From NCBI GenBank assembly GCA_003427395.1, contig BFEA01000008.1:92317-152427 (forward strand): a stretch of 60,111 nucleotides of DNA, in the 5' to 3' direction. The stretch is from Chara braunii (taxonomy: Eukaryota > Plantae > Charophyceae). The first letter of the stretch is position 1; each line of letters begins with the position of its first letter. Made by a program: the position numbers and the translations under genes. This document shows positions 1 through 12,069 of this stretch, piece by piece. Under the pieces are notes generated by a model. It made no database searches, was not told the origin of the DNA, and saw only the letters and a program-made list of their open reading frames with translations.

Positions 1-262
1 AAGTTTGGTTGCAATCATGAGCCATGTGCATGTGTTTGAGCAAGTCTCACTCACATGCATGGCTTCACTCTGACACGATGACATTCCGTTCCAAGCTTGG
101 TTGCAATCGTGAGCCATGTGCATGTATTAAAGCAAGTCTCACTCATATACATGGCTTAACTCTCACATGGTGACATTCCGTTTCAAACTTGGTTGCATGC
201 ATGAGCCATGAGCAAGTGTTTGAGCAAGTCTCACGCACGTACATGGCTCAACTCTCACATGA
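1..262. repeat. Tandem satellite A, ~92-bp unit, ~3 copies visible, continues off the window edge
   Basis: aag(t/c)ttggttgca...gagccatg...gcaagtctcac...gacattccgtt recurs at ~1, ~93 and ~185. Confidence 0.9.
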
Positions 263-284
263 AAACATACCGGTACTAACTTGG

Positions 285-2545
285 CCAACCTCTCCTTCAT
301 ATGCATGTGTTCCACTAGTTCACTTCTTCCTTTTGCCAAGTTCAAGCATGTGTTGATGTTCCGTTTCTTACTTAGTCAATCTTTCATTCATGTGCATGTG
401 TTTCATTAGTTTAGTTCTTCGTTTAGTCGAGTTCAAATATGTGTTGATGTTTGCGGTTCTTACTTAGTCAATATTTCCTTCATGTGCATGTGTAACACTA
501 GTTCACTTCTTCCTTTTGTCAAGTTCAAGCATGTGTTGATGTTACGGTTCTTACTTAGTCAATCTTTCCTTCATGTGCATGTGTAACACTAGTTCACTTC
601 TTCCTTTTGTCAAGTTCAAGCATGTGTTGATGTTCCGGTTCTTACTTAGTCAATCTTTCCTTCATGTGCATGNGTTCCACAAGTTCACTTCTTCCTTTTG
701 TCGAGTTCAGACATATGTTGATGTTTCGGTTCTTACTTAGTCAACCTTTTCTTTATGTGCATGAGTTCCATTAGTTCACTTCTTCCGTTTGTCAAGTTCA
801 ATCATGTGTTGATGTTCCAGTTCTAAATGTCAATTTTTCCTTCATGTGCATGTGTAACACTAGTTCACCTATTCCTTTTGTCAAGTTCAAGCATGTGTTG
901 ATGTTCCGGTTCTTACTTAGTCAATCTTTCCTTCATGTGCATGTGCTCCGTTGGTTCACTTCTTCCGTTTATCAAGTTCAAGCATGTGTTGATGTTCCGT
1001 TTCTTACTTAGTCAATCTTTCCTTCATGTGCATGTGTTCCACAAGTTCACTTTTTCTTTTTGTCGAGTTCAATCATGTGTTGATGTTCCGGTTCTTACTT
1101 AGTCAATCTTTCCTTCATGTGCATGTGTAACAGTAATTCACTTCTTCGTTTTGTCGAGTTCAGACATATGTTGATGTTCAGGTTCTTACATAGTCAACCT
1201 TTCCTTCATGTGCATGTGTAACACTAGTTCACTTCTTCCTTTTGTCAAGTTTAAGCATATGTGTTCATGTTCCGGTTCTTACTTGGTCAATCTTTCCTTC
1301 ATGTGCATGTGCTCCGTTAGTTCACTTCTTCCGTTTCTCAAGTTCAATCATGTGTTGATGTTCCGGTTCTTACTTAGTCAACCTTTCCTTCATGTGCATG
1401 TGTTTCACTAGTTCACTTTTTCCGTTTGTCAAGTTCAATCATGTGTTGATGTTCTAGTTCTTACTTAGTCAATCTTTCCCTTATGTGCATGTGTAACACT
1501 AGTTCACTTCTTTCTTTTATCAAGTTTAAGCATGTGTTGATGTTCCAGTTCGTACTTAGTCAACCTTTCCTTCATGTGCATGTGTTCCATTAGTTCACTT
1601 CTTCCGTTTATCAAGTTCAATCATGTGTTGATATTTTGGTTCTTACTTAGTCAATCTTTCCTTTATGTGCATATGTAACACTAGTTCACTTCTTCCTTTT
1701 GTGAAGTTCAAGCGTGTGTTGATGTTCTGGTTCTTACTTAGTCAATCTTTCCTTCATGTGCATGTGTAACACTAGTTCACTTCTTCCTTTTGTCGAGTTA
1801 AATCATGTGTTGATGTTCCGGTTCTTACTTAGTCAATGTTTCCTTCATGTGCATGTGTAACACTAGTTCACTTCTTCCTTTTGTTGAGTTCAGACATATG
1901 TTGATGTTCCGGTTCTTACTTAGTCAACCTTTCCTTCATGTGCATGTGTTCAATTAGTTCACTTCTTCCGTTTGTCAAGTTCAATTATGTGTTGATGTTC
2001 CGGTTCGTACTTAGTGAATCTTTCCTTTGTGTGCATGTGTAACACTAGTTCAATTCTTCCTTTTGTTAAGTTCAAGCATGTGTTGATGTTCCGGTTCTTA
2101 CTTAGTAAATCTTTCCTTCGTGTGCATGTGTAACACTAGTTCACTTCTTCCTTTTAACAAGTTCAAGCATGTGTTGATGTTCTGGTTCTTACTTGGTCAA
2201 TCTTTCCTTCATGTGCATGTGCTCCGTTAGTTCACTTCTTCCGTTTGTCAAGTTGAATCATGTGTTGATGTTCCGGTTCTTACTTAGTCAACCTTTCCTT
2301 CATGTGCATGTGTTCCACTTGTTCACTTCTTCCTTTTGTCAAGTTCGAGTAGTGTTGATGATCCAGTTCTTACTTGGTCAATCTCTCCTTCATGTGCATG
2401 TGTTCCATTAGTTCATTTCTTCCGATGTGTTGATATTCCGGTTCTTGTTTGATCAACCTCTCTTTCATATGCATGTGTTCCACTAATTCACTTTTACACT
2501 TTTATCAAGTTCAAGCATGAGTGGATATTCCGGTTCTTACTTTAG
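285..2545. repeat. Tandem satellite B, 91-bp unit, ~24 diverged copies
   Basis: Unit catgtgttgatgttccggttcttacttagtcaatctttccttcatgtgcatgtgtaacactagttcacttcttccttttgtcaagttcaag, e.g. starts at 621 and 712. Confidence 0.97.
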
Positions 2546-2627
2546 TTGCTCTTTCTCTAAGGGATGGGTGACCGACATTGGGCTGCTATTACGGGGTGAT
2601 GACTTGATTAGGACTAGGAGACTCTTG

Positions 2628-2628
<1 letters not shown>

Positions 2629-2671
<43 letters not shown>

Positions 2672-2672
2672 N

Positions 2673-2729
<57 letters not shown>

Positions 2730-2935
2730 TCCTTCTCTCGCTCTCCCCCTATCCCTTTCCCTTCTCTCTTCCGCTCCCTCTTTCTCCCTCTCTCTTCCTC
2801 TCCCTCTTTCTCCCTCTCTCTTCTTCCCCCTTGCATTTTCTTTCTCCCTCTCTCTTCCCCTCTCTCTTCCTCGCATCATCATCTGACCCTCTCTCTTCCT
2901 CGCATCATCATCTGACCTTCTCTCTCCTTTCCCCT
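2629..2935. repeat. (CT)n microsatellite followed by a degenerate pyrimidine-rich tract
   Basis: Direct reading. Confidence 0.95.
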
Positions 2936-4289
2936 CACTTAGCATATGACTAATCCTTCTCCCCCCCTCACTTGGAAAACATTGTCAGGTTACGAGCGGA
3001 GAACGAAATCAGACCTCACTTGGTGGAGAAAGAGGACAAGGGGGTGTAGCCGGTCCCTTGTACCACCAAGAAGGCAAGAGAGAGGACGTCCAAAAAAGAA
3101 AGTGGGAGAGACGGAATCCGGAAGAAAGCATGAGTTGAAAGTGAGGTCAGTTTGACTCAACCATTTCCCCGACTGTATGACTATGAGAAGAGAACGGGTT
3201 GATTGAACAAGAAAGAGGGAACAAAGCACAGCCAAAGAGCATGGAAAAAATAGGCATGTGGAAAGGGCTATGTGTTGACCCCCAATGGGGGACATTGTAT
3301 GGATCTTTTTGCGTGTGTGGGATTGTGCAGGTGAGTAATGGCTAGAAATGCCTTGAGCGGGATAAAGGCGAGAAGAACTGGGCACCAAGAGGGAAAGGGA
3401 AGAGGGACAAAGGGGCTAGGGGGCCCTTAACATAGAGCCAATTCATGAAAATGACTTTTGCTCTTGAGACTTGGAAGTGTGATTGGGAGTGCAATCGTAC
3501 CGAGGAATATGTGATGTTGTCCATGCATGCATATGAGGACCCCGAAAAGACTAAGGGGCCTACTTCAATAAGGTGGGAAGCAAATTGTGAGATCCGATGG
3601 ATGCGTAGAGGCGAGGGGAAGGACGGCCCCGCCGCACCCCGATGACGCCATATAGCCCAAAGACCTAGGGAAATGGTGCGTGGCCTAAGGATGACGCTTA
3701 GCCTACGCACAAGAGAAGAGAAAGGCTCAAAGAACCCCTGGACTGCCTGCGTATTGGAAGGAGCAATTGCTTGAGAACACTATAAAGAATAAAAAAAAAT
3801 CAGCGTTGAGGAGCGACCAGCGAGACTACCACCCGACGTGAGGGTTGAGCTACATCCCCAATGTCAAAGCTCTCTCGCACGATGGCCCACCCCCATCCAC
3901 CTCAAAGCACTAGGTGGGGGTGACCTTGGGACGAATGGCCCGCGCCCTGAGCATGAGTGTGGGCGGGCCGAGCCAACTGGGACCCGCAGTGGGGTCGACT
4001 AAGGCTTGAAAGTCTATCGGGGTTTGGCCCTACACCGTCTTTCTGCGGACAGAATATGGCTCGGCTCACTATTTTCCTTGCTCGGATCGAATGTCCGAGC
4101 GGTTGCGGGGATCACTCAAAATTTTTCTTTAGTCTCGCAATCGAACATTTCGACTAATTGTTCCCATTCTTTTTCACTAGGCATACCGCTTTGTTCCTCC
4201 TTGTAATCGTATTCGTCGAACTCGTCTTGCCACGCAAGGTGCTGGTCTTCATCATTGTTTGGGAAATACTTTTCCAGGCTCGGGATCTA

Positions 4290-4730
4290 GATCATTCCTA
4301 TCCGGACAATATTGGGATTTTTCTTCGGCGATCGAGTAGAGATTCGTAGTGGGAGTGTTTGAGGTTTCCCCCCCGATTGGGTGAGGACAAGTTGTTTAGA
4401 ATCGTACTGGATCCGTGCTTCTACCGCCATCGCCCAGGACAGGGCTAACAACACCGAATATGAGTGTACATTGATAACTAATGCGTTAACCAACACATGT
4501 ACCAGGCCTACCTTGACCGCGATGTTCTCAATGATTCCTACGATATTCATGGCTTCTTCATCGGCCGAGACATAATTGTGCTTCCCTGGTAGAGGGAGGA
4601 TAGAGTTCAGTCGGTCTGTCTTTCTAACTGTGCTCAGGGATATAGCTACGACTGATGATCCAGTGTTAACAAGCGCATCAAACGGTTCACCCCAGACCTC
4701 GCAATCACATTCGGTGCTTTTCCATAGGAC
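4290..4730 (-). pseudogene. Retropepsin-type aspartic protease of the retroelement, degenerate
   Basis: Minus-strand frame reads CEVWGEPFDALVNTGSSVVAIS...MNIVGIIENIAVKVG...YSVLLALSW; NTG sits at the D(T/S)G position. Confidence 0.8.
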
Positions 4731-5299
4731 CGATCAGACATGCACAAAATGGTCTCTCTAGGCGTAAGAAATGGCGGCGATTCTCGCCGTTTCAGGTGCG
4801 TTAGCTTCGATCGCAGGGAGAGGACTTGCCTCGCTCTCATCTTGTTTCTTTTTCTTCAACATACGCTGAACGCGCAGGCAGGTAAAGCGCTTTTGATTCT
4901 TCTAGCACTGCTGCAGAGGCTTGTCATTTGCAGCTTTGGATATGGTCAGCAAGTGTCCTACGAGGACCGACACTCAGATGTCCAGTTGTTTGAGTGTCTG
5001 TAGGACATCGATCTCTCCTGTTTGAAACTGTGGTCCTGACTCTGATGTGCGCTCGACCCAATCGAGCTCGTCTTTGGCAGGTCGGATCGCTCCAGTCAGT
5101 CTGGCCAAATGAAGGTACTCGGCTGGATCGACGATATCGGCGGCCTCGGAAGATGATCCCGATGTAGACGTGACAGAATCGGTTGAGGGTGGTTGATCGG
5201 CCACGAAGGGGGAAGCTTCCCTTGCGGCTTCTAATACTGCGGCCACCCGACCTTGATTCAAGGCCATGGGCGCGGCTGCAGGGGGAGGTTGATTGCGTT

Positions 5300-6346
5300 T
5301 CGGCTGAGGGCATTCTCACGCGAAGTGTCCTGGCTGTTTACAGTTGTAGATTTGATCCTTCCTGCTGGGTTAGCCATATGAAGGGGAGCGGCAGAAGGAG
5401 CTGGTCCTCTTATGAGAGGGGCGGTTAGCAGCGGGTACTGAGAGGGAACAGGGCGAGAAGGGCTAGAATTAGCCTAGTTTCGTCATGATCTGTTACAGTC
5501 TATCCGTCTGAGAAGCCTGCATCTGAAGCAGATTATTCATCCACTCAGACTGTTTAGTCGTAGTGGTATGAATCATCTGGGCTAGATGCATGTTGGTGAT
5601 AGGTACCGATGCGGCATCTTGGGCCATGACTGTGTTTACAGGCGCCACTTTGGGAGGAAGAGGAGGTCTCGTGAGAGGTACGTAGTGATACGGGGAGCGA
5701 TCCCGGGCGGGGCCGTCCTGATAGTCGTAATCCGGACGAGGGTAAAATCATCCCACCGCTCTGAGCCATGACCGCCGCTTAGCAGCCACGTCCTGGATCG
5801 TGTCCGAAATGTCTTCTTCTCCCTGACTAATATACTTACGTGTGTCCAACAGATCTAGCTCGAGGTTTTTAGATATTATGATAGACAGTTGGTTTGTCTT
5901 GGGAGGGACCTTTTTCTGCAACTTCGCCTTCAACACGGGATTGCGGAGATGATCGATAAACAGGTCTCGGGCAGCGTTTTCTTCCCGTCCCGATTTGTCT
6001 ATGGCAATCTGAAATCGATCCATAAAGTCGGGTAACAGTTCCCCTAGTTCCTGCGAACGGGTTTTCAATATGAACCATGCAGCATCTTCGCTGACCGCGT
6101 CAAATCGCGCTAGGAACGCTCTCTTAAAAGTATCCCAATCCACCCATCGGTGCCTTCTGAACTAATCGTGCACGATATTTCAGAGTAACAGGGTGATGAC
6201 GCGGGGAAGATCCTCAACGCCATAACCCTGTGGTTGCACGGCTTCAAGCCATGCCTCCTGATGAGTGTAGTTAGGATAGAATGGAAAGGTAGCGGGGATG
6301 CTATCATCACCCGGGAAGGTGTTCCATTAGCATCGGCCATGGGCAT
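5300..6346 (-). pseudogene. gag: gag (retrotransposon capsid-like) with a C-terminal zinc knuckle, frameshifted and with stops
   Basis: WVDWDTFKRAFLARFDAVSEDAAWFILKTRSQELGELLPDFMDRF..., then YNCKQPGHFA*ECP at ~5307-5351 (CX2CX4HX4C remnant, first Cys lost); homologous to 41260-41772. Confidence 0.88.
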
Positions 6347-6463
6347 CTCTATTCAAGCCTCGGTGGACCTCTACCGAGTGACGAGAGGACATAGGCGATT
6401 AGATTATTTAGCTGATCTTCCTCTCACCAGCTCGTCTTACTATCGTCAGAACCGACACGTGTC

Positions 6464-6476
6464 GGCTCCGATACCA
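6464..6476 (-). promoter_or_regulatory. Primer binding site complementary to the tRNA-iMet 3' end
   Basis: Minus strand TGGTATCGGAGCC versus canonical TGGTATCAGAGCC, ~120 bp upstream of the gag start; TGGTATCGGAACC at the equivalent place in copy 3 (~41894-41906). Confidence 0.8.
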
Positions 6477-6799
6477 ACCTCACGCCCTTCGCTGTCTTTC
6501 ATCCGGAGTATTAAGGGTGCAAAAAAAGGCCCTGAAAAACAGCAAGATGGGGTGTGCCAAGGATTTTTGGGAAATTGAGTGTGAGGAGACAGAGAGAACT
6601 GGAATCCCCCGTGTTGGTCTGATGAAGTAAGAGAACTATTCGGTTGCAACGCGGGTTACGAAGAAGCGCGTGCGCGGGATTCGTGACGAGGGGAAGTTGG
6701 AATTCAATCCATAAAATATTGTCGAACCTCCCACCGAGCCACGGCTCTTCATTTAGAGTGAAAGGGAGCGGGCACGTACTTAGTATCCCGTTTTCGGAC

Positions 6800-7242
6800 C
6801 AACTTCCGACGCCGCACGTTGCACAATTCTGAATCTGACGTATACGGCCTTAATCACGTGGCCCTTTCCTTACGCTCGTCCTCATTCCGTACTCGGAAGT
6901 GGAAGCCTCTTGATTGGTAGTGATCGAAGCGTTGGCAATCACTACACAAAGTTTTCGGCCAATGGGGCGCCACTGCCGACCACGGGATAACGATCAACTA
7001 GTTAAACGGTAATAGCAACGAATATGGCGGAAAATGCGTATCGATAATGACAAACACAGCACCGACAAACCCAGAACACCGATTTTAAGGAGGGAAGTAA
7101 TATCGCCCACCGATCTTTGCGACGACTTCTCGTACGTCCCACTCACACACACGCGTCCTTTCCTCGTTATACGGGAAGGGGCGAGGTGGGGATACGAGAT
7201 GCCGGCGCCTAGTCGGGTTGAGCCCGTCAGTCCACATGGCAA
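6800..7242 (-). pseudogene. Unknown ORF (ORF0) upstream of the PBS, degenerate
   Basis: EWDVREVVAKIGGRYYFPP*NRCSGFVGAVFVIIDTHFPPYSLLLPFN*LIVIPWSAVAPHWPKTLCSDC; homologous frames at ~30690-31100 and ~42270-42670. Confidence 0.6.
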
Positions 7243-9349
7243 TCAATCAGGCGCCAAAGATATCCTCAATCATTCATCGTAGGCCCAAAATCGATACTAG
7301 TCGAAAAACACACAACCTATCGATCCAACCAGACAGACAGAATCAAAACTCCTAAAAACGAAGAAGGAAAGGAAAATTCAGAGAGAGACAAAAGCTCATG
7401 TGTGGTGAGACGAGGGCACTGTCCACGTGTACCGATCGCACGTGGCTTTGAAGTCCTTCATTATTCTACAAGGGTATGCTGCATACGTTGTGCAACATAA
7501 GGTAGATGGCATGTGCAGTGTGTCCCGAACGGAAGTTCCCAGGGTAATCTTTCGTAATCACAGCATCAACAGATCTAAACACTCTTGCATTTTCGAACAA
7601 AATTCCAACAACATTGCCCCTGTCATCGATCTGTCCGGATAGTATTATAATCAAGACGAGTTCCGTGCTCGATCATTTCCATCCCATATACATACATTCA
7701 CTGTGGAAGGTGCATAAATGACAGACATGCAATGCCCCTGCCCTGTCGTGTCAAAGTTAAGTAATCACAATCCCTTTAGATCGCTTATGGTCGCTACACA
7801 CGCATCCACCGTTCACAAGACAAGACGATCAAATCTCAATAGGTACGGGGATTACCCAGGAAACTAATGGAAGAGTTCCGGAAGAAGTTCTTCCGAGCAC
7901 ACATTCACAAATGCTCATTCCATCACAAGCAAAAGATTGACTCATCATGCATAGTTATTCATATCAGTGAGATAAGATAAGGAGGGAGGAAGAGACAGGC
8001 GGGAATATCAAGCCAGGCGGGAAGAGTTACACTGAGATCGAGAAATGCAAAGAAGGTCCGGCTTTACTGCTGTGAGCTCACACCAAAGAATGGATTCGCA
8101 ACAAGGGGGACGTACTCGCCGCCAAATTCCAACATGGCCCCGGGCCAGTCATCCACTTAACTCGGATCACTCGTCCTCATTCATGCACCGACGATCCCGG
8201 CCGTCGCTTGTCACTATCCACCACTGCGATCGTCACCCCGCCAACTTAGCCTCGACGTGGTTTTCCCGGATCCCACAGTCCGTCATGGCGATCTAGCGCA
8301 TAGCCAGCCAGTCTACAGTCAGCCCGTCATGACTTTCTGACTCGCACTATACACACATCATCTAGCCGCTGCTTCCCGAAAATGGGCTGACGAGTTGAGA
8401 GAGATTTACGGATGCGCCGATGGAATTTATAGTTGCGAGAAGGGAGAGAGATGCGGGGAAAGACGAAGAGTAGGGTAGAGGAAGGTAAGGGAGGGCTTGA
8501 GAGTAATCGCCCATTGAAAGCCATGTTGATCCCTCACAACCCGTTGAACCCGATCTCAGCCAATCAGAATCGTCGCGCAGTGGGAATCTCCTCTCACACG
8601 GCGCTTCTCCTTGGCTAGATGGGAGAGAGGATCGACTGTTTTTTTTTAGCGCGGGTCTTAGAGCGGGAAGAAGAGGAGTGCGAAGGATAGAGCGAAACGG
8701 GTCCAAGATTTTGATGATAAAAAAAAAGAAAAAGGGCGCGCGCTGGAAACAGTGCGAAGGAGAGAGGAAAACAGTTTCAGGGGGAGGGAACGAGAAAGCA
8801 TGTGTGCGCGAGGGAAGGCGCTGAGAGGGGCGCAAGAAGGAAGGAGGAGGGAGTTCGTTTGCATGGTGTCGAACAGCAAAAGAAGAATGGCCACCGAAAT
8901 AGTTGTTGTTTTTCCCAACCCTATGCTAATTCAAAAATTGAAATCACTATATCCACGTGAAAAGTAGACGCGGAAAAAGAAAGTAAGTCCTATGCTAATC
9001 CATATTCCTACAAAATTCCCAGAGTCTTCCATGTCGAGGCCAAAAGCATTCGCACGTAAAAGGTCACGCCGTGTTTCGTTTATTCCATAATTCCTAACTG
9101 TTGAGCCAAATTTTGAGCGCGCTCACTAAGACGCGCTAATTTCCCATGGATTTTCAAAAAAAAAGGCGGAATTTCAAGAGCTACCAGTGCTGACAACATA
9201 CAGATTTCAACGAGGTACCTTTAATCGAACAAAAACAGAGGGGCGGGGCGGTTTTGGGGGGCTGATCATGACACCTTAAGATGCAGAGAAAATACGGGGA
9301 GAGAAGGGGTCCGAAAGATGGCGCAGGTCCGTTAGGTGGTTCATCACAT

Positions 9350-9580
9350 GATCTCCATCCATACATGCCAACTGACACTCACCCCCACCTGTGCGACCAC
9401 AACACAAGGACATAAGTTGGATAACACAACCACCAACCCCTAATGTACAGTCTATACCCTATTCCTATTATGTCGGCAGGATGCATGATCTCCATCCATA
9501 CATGCCAACATGCACTCACCCCCACCTGTGGGACCACAACACAAGGACATAAGTTGGATAACACAACCACCAACCCCTAC
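9350..9580. repeat. Direct duplication with ~137-bp spacing
   Basis: gatctccatccatacatgccaac...accaccaaccccta at ~9350 and ~9487. Confidence 0.9.
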
Positions 9581-10108
9581 TGTGCTTTCAGCTAGCCAGT
9601 ATAGACCGATAACAATCAAACACAGCAACCCTGCCTCTGTCATCTAAAGGGACAGACTCTGGCTAATTCAGGTGAAATTAGTTGTCAGCAGCGATACCGG
9701 TGAGATACTCGATGTCAATCGCATCCGTTGCCAGCCTCCTCTATCCAAACCCATTCCATCCTCCCAAACTCTGTCCTCATGAAGAATTTCAGAGGACCTA
9801 TCTCACCAAGGGGAGAGCACCATCATCAACCTGAAATCCCTTGCCCTCACAAGGAGTCCAATCTCCGTCCTCAAGGAAGCGAACCAGCACTGCCCAACGC
9901 CATTTGCGATGGACTTTGCAATCATCAGCAACCTAAAATACCCAACGCCAATCGCATCTGATAGGAACTCCCCCCAGCCAGTACCTGTCCGACGAGCCTG
10001 CTCCAACCCTGCTTTCTGTCCACACAAATAATCATGCCTTGCCCCCTACCTCAAACAGTCCCAAAAACTCAACAGAACACTCCTCCAAACAAAAGTCTTG
10101 ATTGTCCC

Positions 10109-11002
10109 TAGTTTTAATTACTTTCTTAGTACACGACGACACATACCTAAATATGTCTAGATTTACTAGTATTTTTTTGTTTTCGTAAGTTTTGGTCTTG
10201 AATGACTCCTGAGCAATATTCTCAGTTGACGTTCATAAATCAAAGGGTATCTTTAATCTCTAACAGACGATTCTAAAATCTTAATTCTAATTTTTCTATT
10301 GTTAATACACGAAGCTCAGTTGTGATTGCTTAAAAGGCATTCACAATTGAGCTTCGTGTATTGACACGAGAAAAATCAGAGTTAAGATTTAAGAAATTCA
10401 ATCGCCTTTAAGAGATCGGATATACCCTATAATTTACTAACATAACCAAGGTTACCAGTCGTCCGATAGCCGGACGTCTCCCCCAACCGTCTGGTAGGGG
10501 GGTTGTCCGGGATCCCGGACAACTACTTTTTGGTATTAAAAAAAAAAAAAAAAAAATGATGACAGTGTTGCGCATACCATAGAGACCCCTCATAAAAAAA
10601 TTCAGAGTTTTCTGAGCATTTGGTGATAGGGTGCTATTTGGGGTGGGAGGGGGGTTACGAGGGTTTTTGGTGGGGATTAGAAACTTTGAGGATTTTTATC
10701 TTTTTTTTCTACAGGCTCAAATGAGCCAAAACTTTGGTGGCATACACCTTATGCAAGGTGGAAGCCTCATGATTTTTTTTTTTTTTTGCGGTAGGTCGGA
10801 CAACCCTTGTCCGGTCCGAGACCGTCTGACGTCCGACCAGACGTCCGGTCGGACAACCCAGGGGTCCCGGACGTTCGGCCAAACAACCTAGAACATAACT
10901 GAGAATATTGCTCAGGAAGTGATTCAGAAATAAAACTTACTACAAAAAAAAAAGTGAATCTAAACGTATTCAGTACGCATACTAAGAGAGTAATTAAAAC
11001 TA
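10109..11002. mobile_element. AT-rich foldback MITE (~440-bp palindrome centred near 10333), interrupted by a hAT-like MITE
   Basis: tagttttaattac...cctgagcaatattctcagtt is inverted at 10896-11002; inner hairpin aatacacgaagctca...tgagcttcgtgtatt. Confidence 0.85.
10447..10891. mobile_element. hAT-like non-autonomous element
   Basis: 8-bp TSD AACATAAC (10439-10446 / 10892-10899); ends CAAGGTT...AACCTAG; subterminal GTCCG/CGGAC motifs. Confidence 0.85.
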
Positions 11003-11948
11003 ATTCGTAGAAGAGAAAATATGCTAGTCAATTGATAATATGAGACTGGCTACTAAAAAAAAACTATCGAATCAACCGTTGCAACCCGAAAATGGTTGAG
11101 AAAAACTATTTTGAAAAATCATTTGTCCGCAACTTTATATGACGACAAACCTAATCAGAAGAAATCACCAATTGATATTAATGAGAAACCACAATAAGCA
11201 CTAACGATGCCCACACGCTCCTTCCCCCTTGGAACCTTACGTCCACCTCCATCGACCTGTAGGCAAATCGGTCACCTTAGGGTCTATAATCGACCACTGC
11301 CGCAAAAAAGGTAAACGATGAAATCATCATACCGCAGCCTGAATTGTCATCTCCGACGATACAACCATTTTGTGAACCAAGCTGCCAAGCCCACTGACAG
11401 CCCCTCGCAGGCAGTCCAAATAGGGGAGGAAACATTGTCGTCACGATTATCACACCCATACTTGGGGAAGTTGTGGCGGTCCCGTTAGTCTCAAGACAAA
11501 GGGGTGAGGAAGAAGGAGATGGAGATGGAGCTGAAGGGGACAACTCAACTCCGATGCAAATTCAATATGCGCGTACTCCAAGCTTTGTAAATGGATAATG
11601 AATCAAAATGCAGGCTGCAGTTGGGGCATAACCCTAAAGGACTAACTGGTAGCAACAGTGGTACTGGACTAGACTGGATTAAATAAAGACACTGCCCGTG
11701 GGGTCAGGCCACGACCTGGTCCCACAGGTCGATCAGACAAATAGTAAAACAGCCCTAGCTCTAGGCCAAGGTTCCTAGAGGCCCGCTCCAAGATCCTTAT
11801 ACCTGCAGTGGATCGCAAAAGTCATAAACATGCGCAGAAAGAGCGGAACTTTGCAACAATAAAAGTTTAGAAATCTAGGATGCGGAGCAAGCTGCATGCA
11901 GAGTCCATGCGATGCAACCAAAGCTACATAATGTCATAAAGAAAAACA

Positions 11949-12069
11949 GATGTCTGGTATACATATTTTAATTAACAGATGGAATCTGGCATGGTGCAAT
12001 GCTAGAGTTGATGTCTGATATACATATTTTAATTAACAGATGAAATCTGGCATGGTACAATGCTAGAGT
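11949..12069. repeat. ~60-bp tandem duplication
   Basis: gatgtctg(g/a)tatacatattt...atgctagagt occurs twice. Confidence 0.9.

Larger units (their letters stand above)
2983..9195 (-). mobile_element. Atypical retroelement, copy 1 (unknown ORF - PBS - gag - zinc knuckle - protease; no RT/IN seen)
   Basis: Contains decayed gag, CCHC and protease frames plus a PBS. Candidate ends are TGTCA (2983) and TGACA (9191-9195), both flanked by ACAT. Internal content is solid; the boundaries are tentative. Confidence 0.65.

Noticed and set aside
163-2945. ORFs in the satellites and the (CT)n tract
   Set aside because: They are translations of tandem repeats with no coding signal
4290-7245. Endogenous caulimovirid interpretation of the PBS-gag-protease element
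   Set aside because: The gag is retrotransposon-type, and no movement protein or RT motifs are seen
9830-9910. tRNA/SINE-like head on the minus strand (gagattggactcc as a B-box)
   Set aside because: Too degenerate; no cloverleaf or second copy to support it
11277-11543. 88-aa Ser/Pro-rich ORF as a host exon
   Set aside because: No recognisable domain, convincing splice context or neighbouring exons
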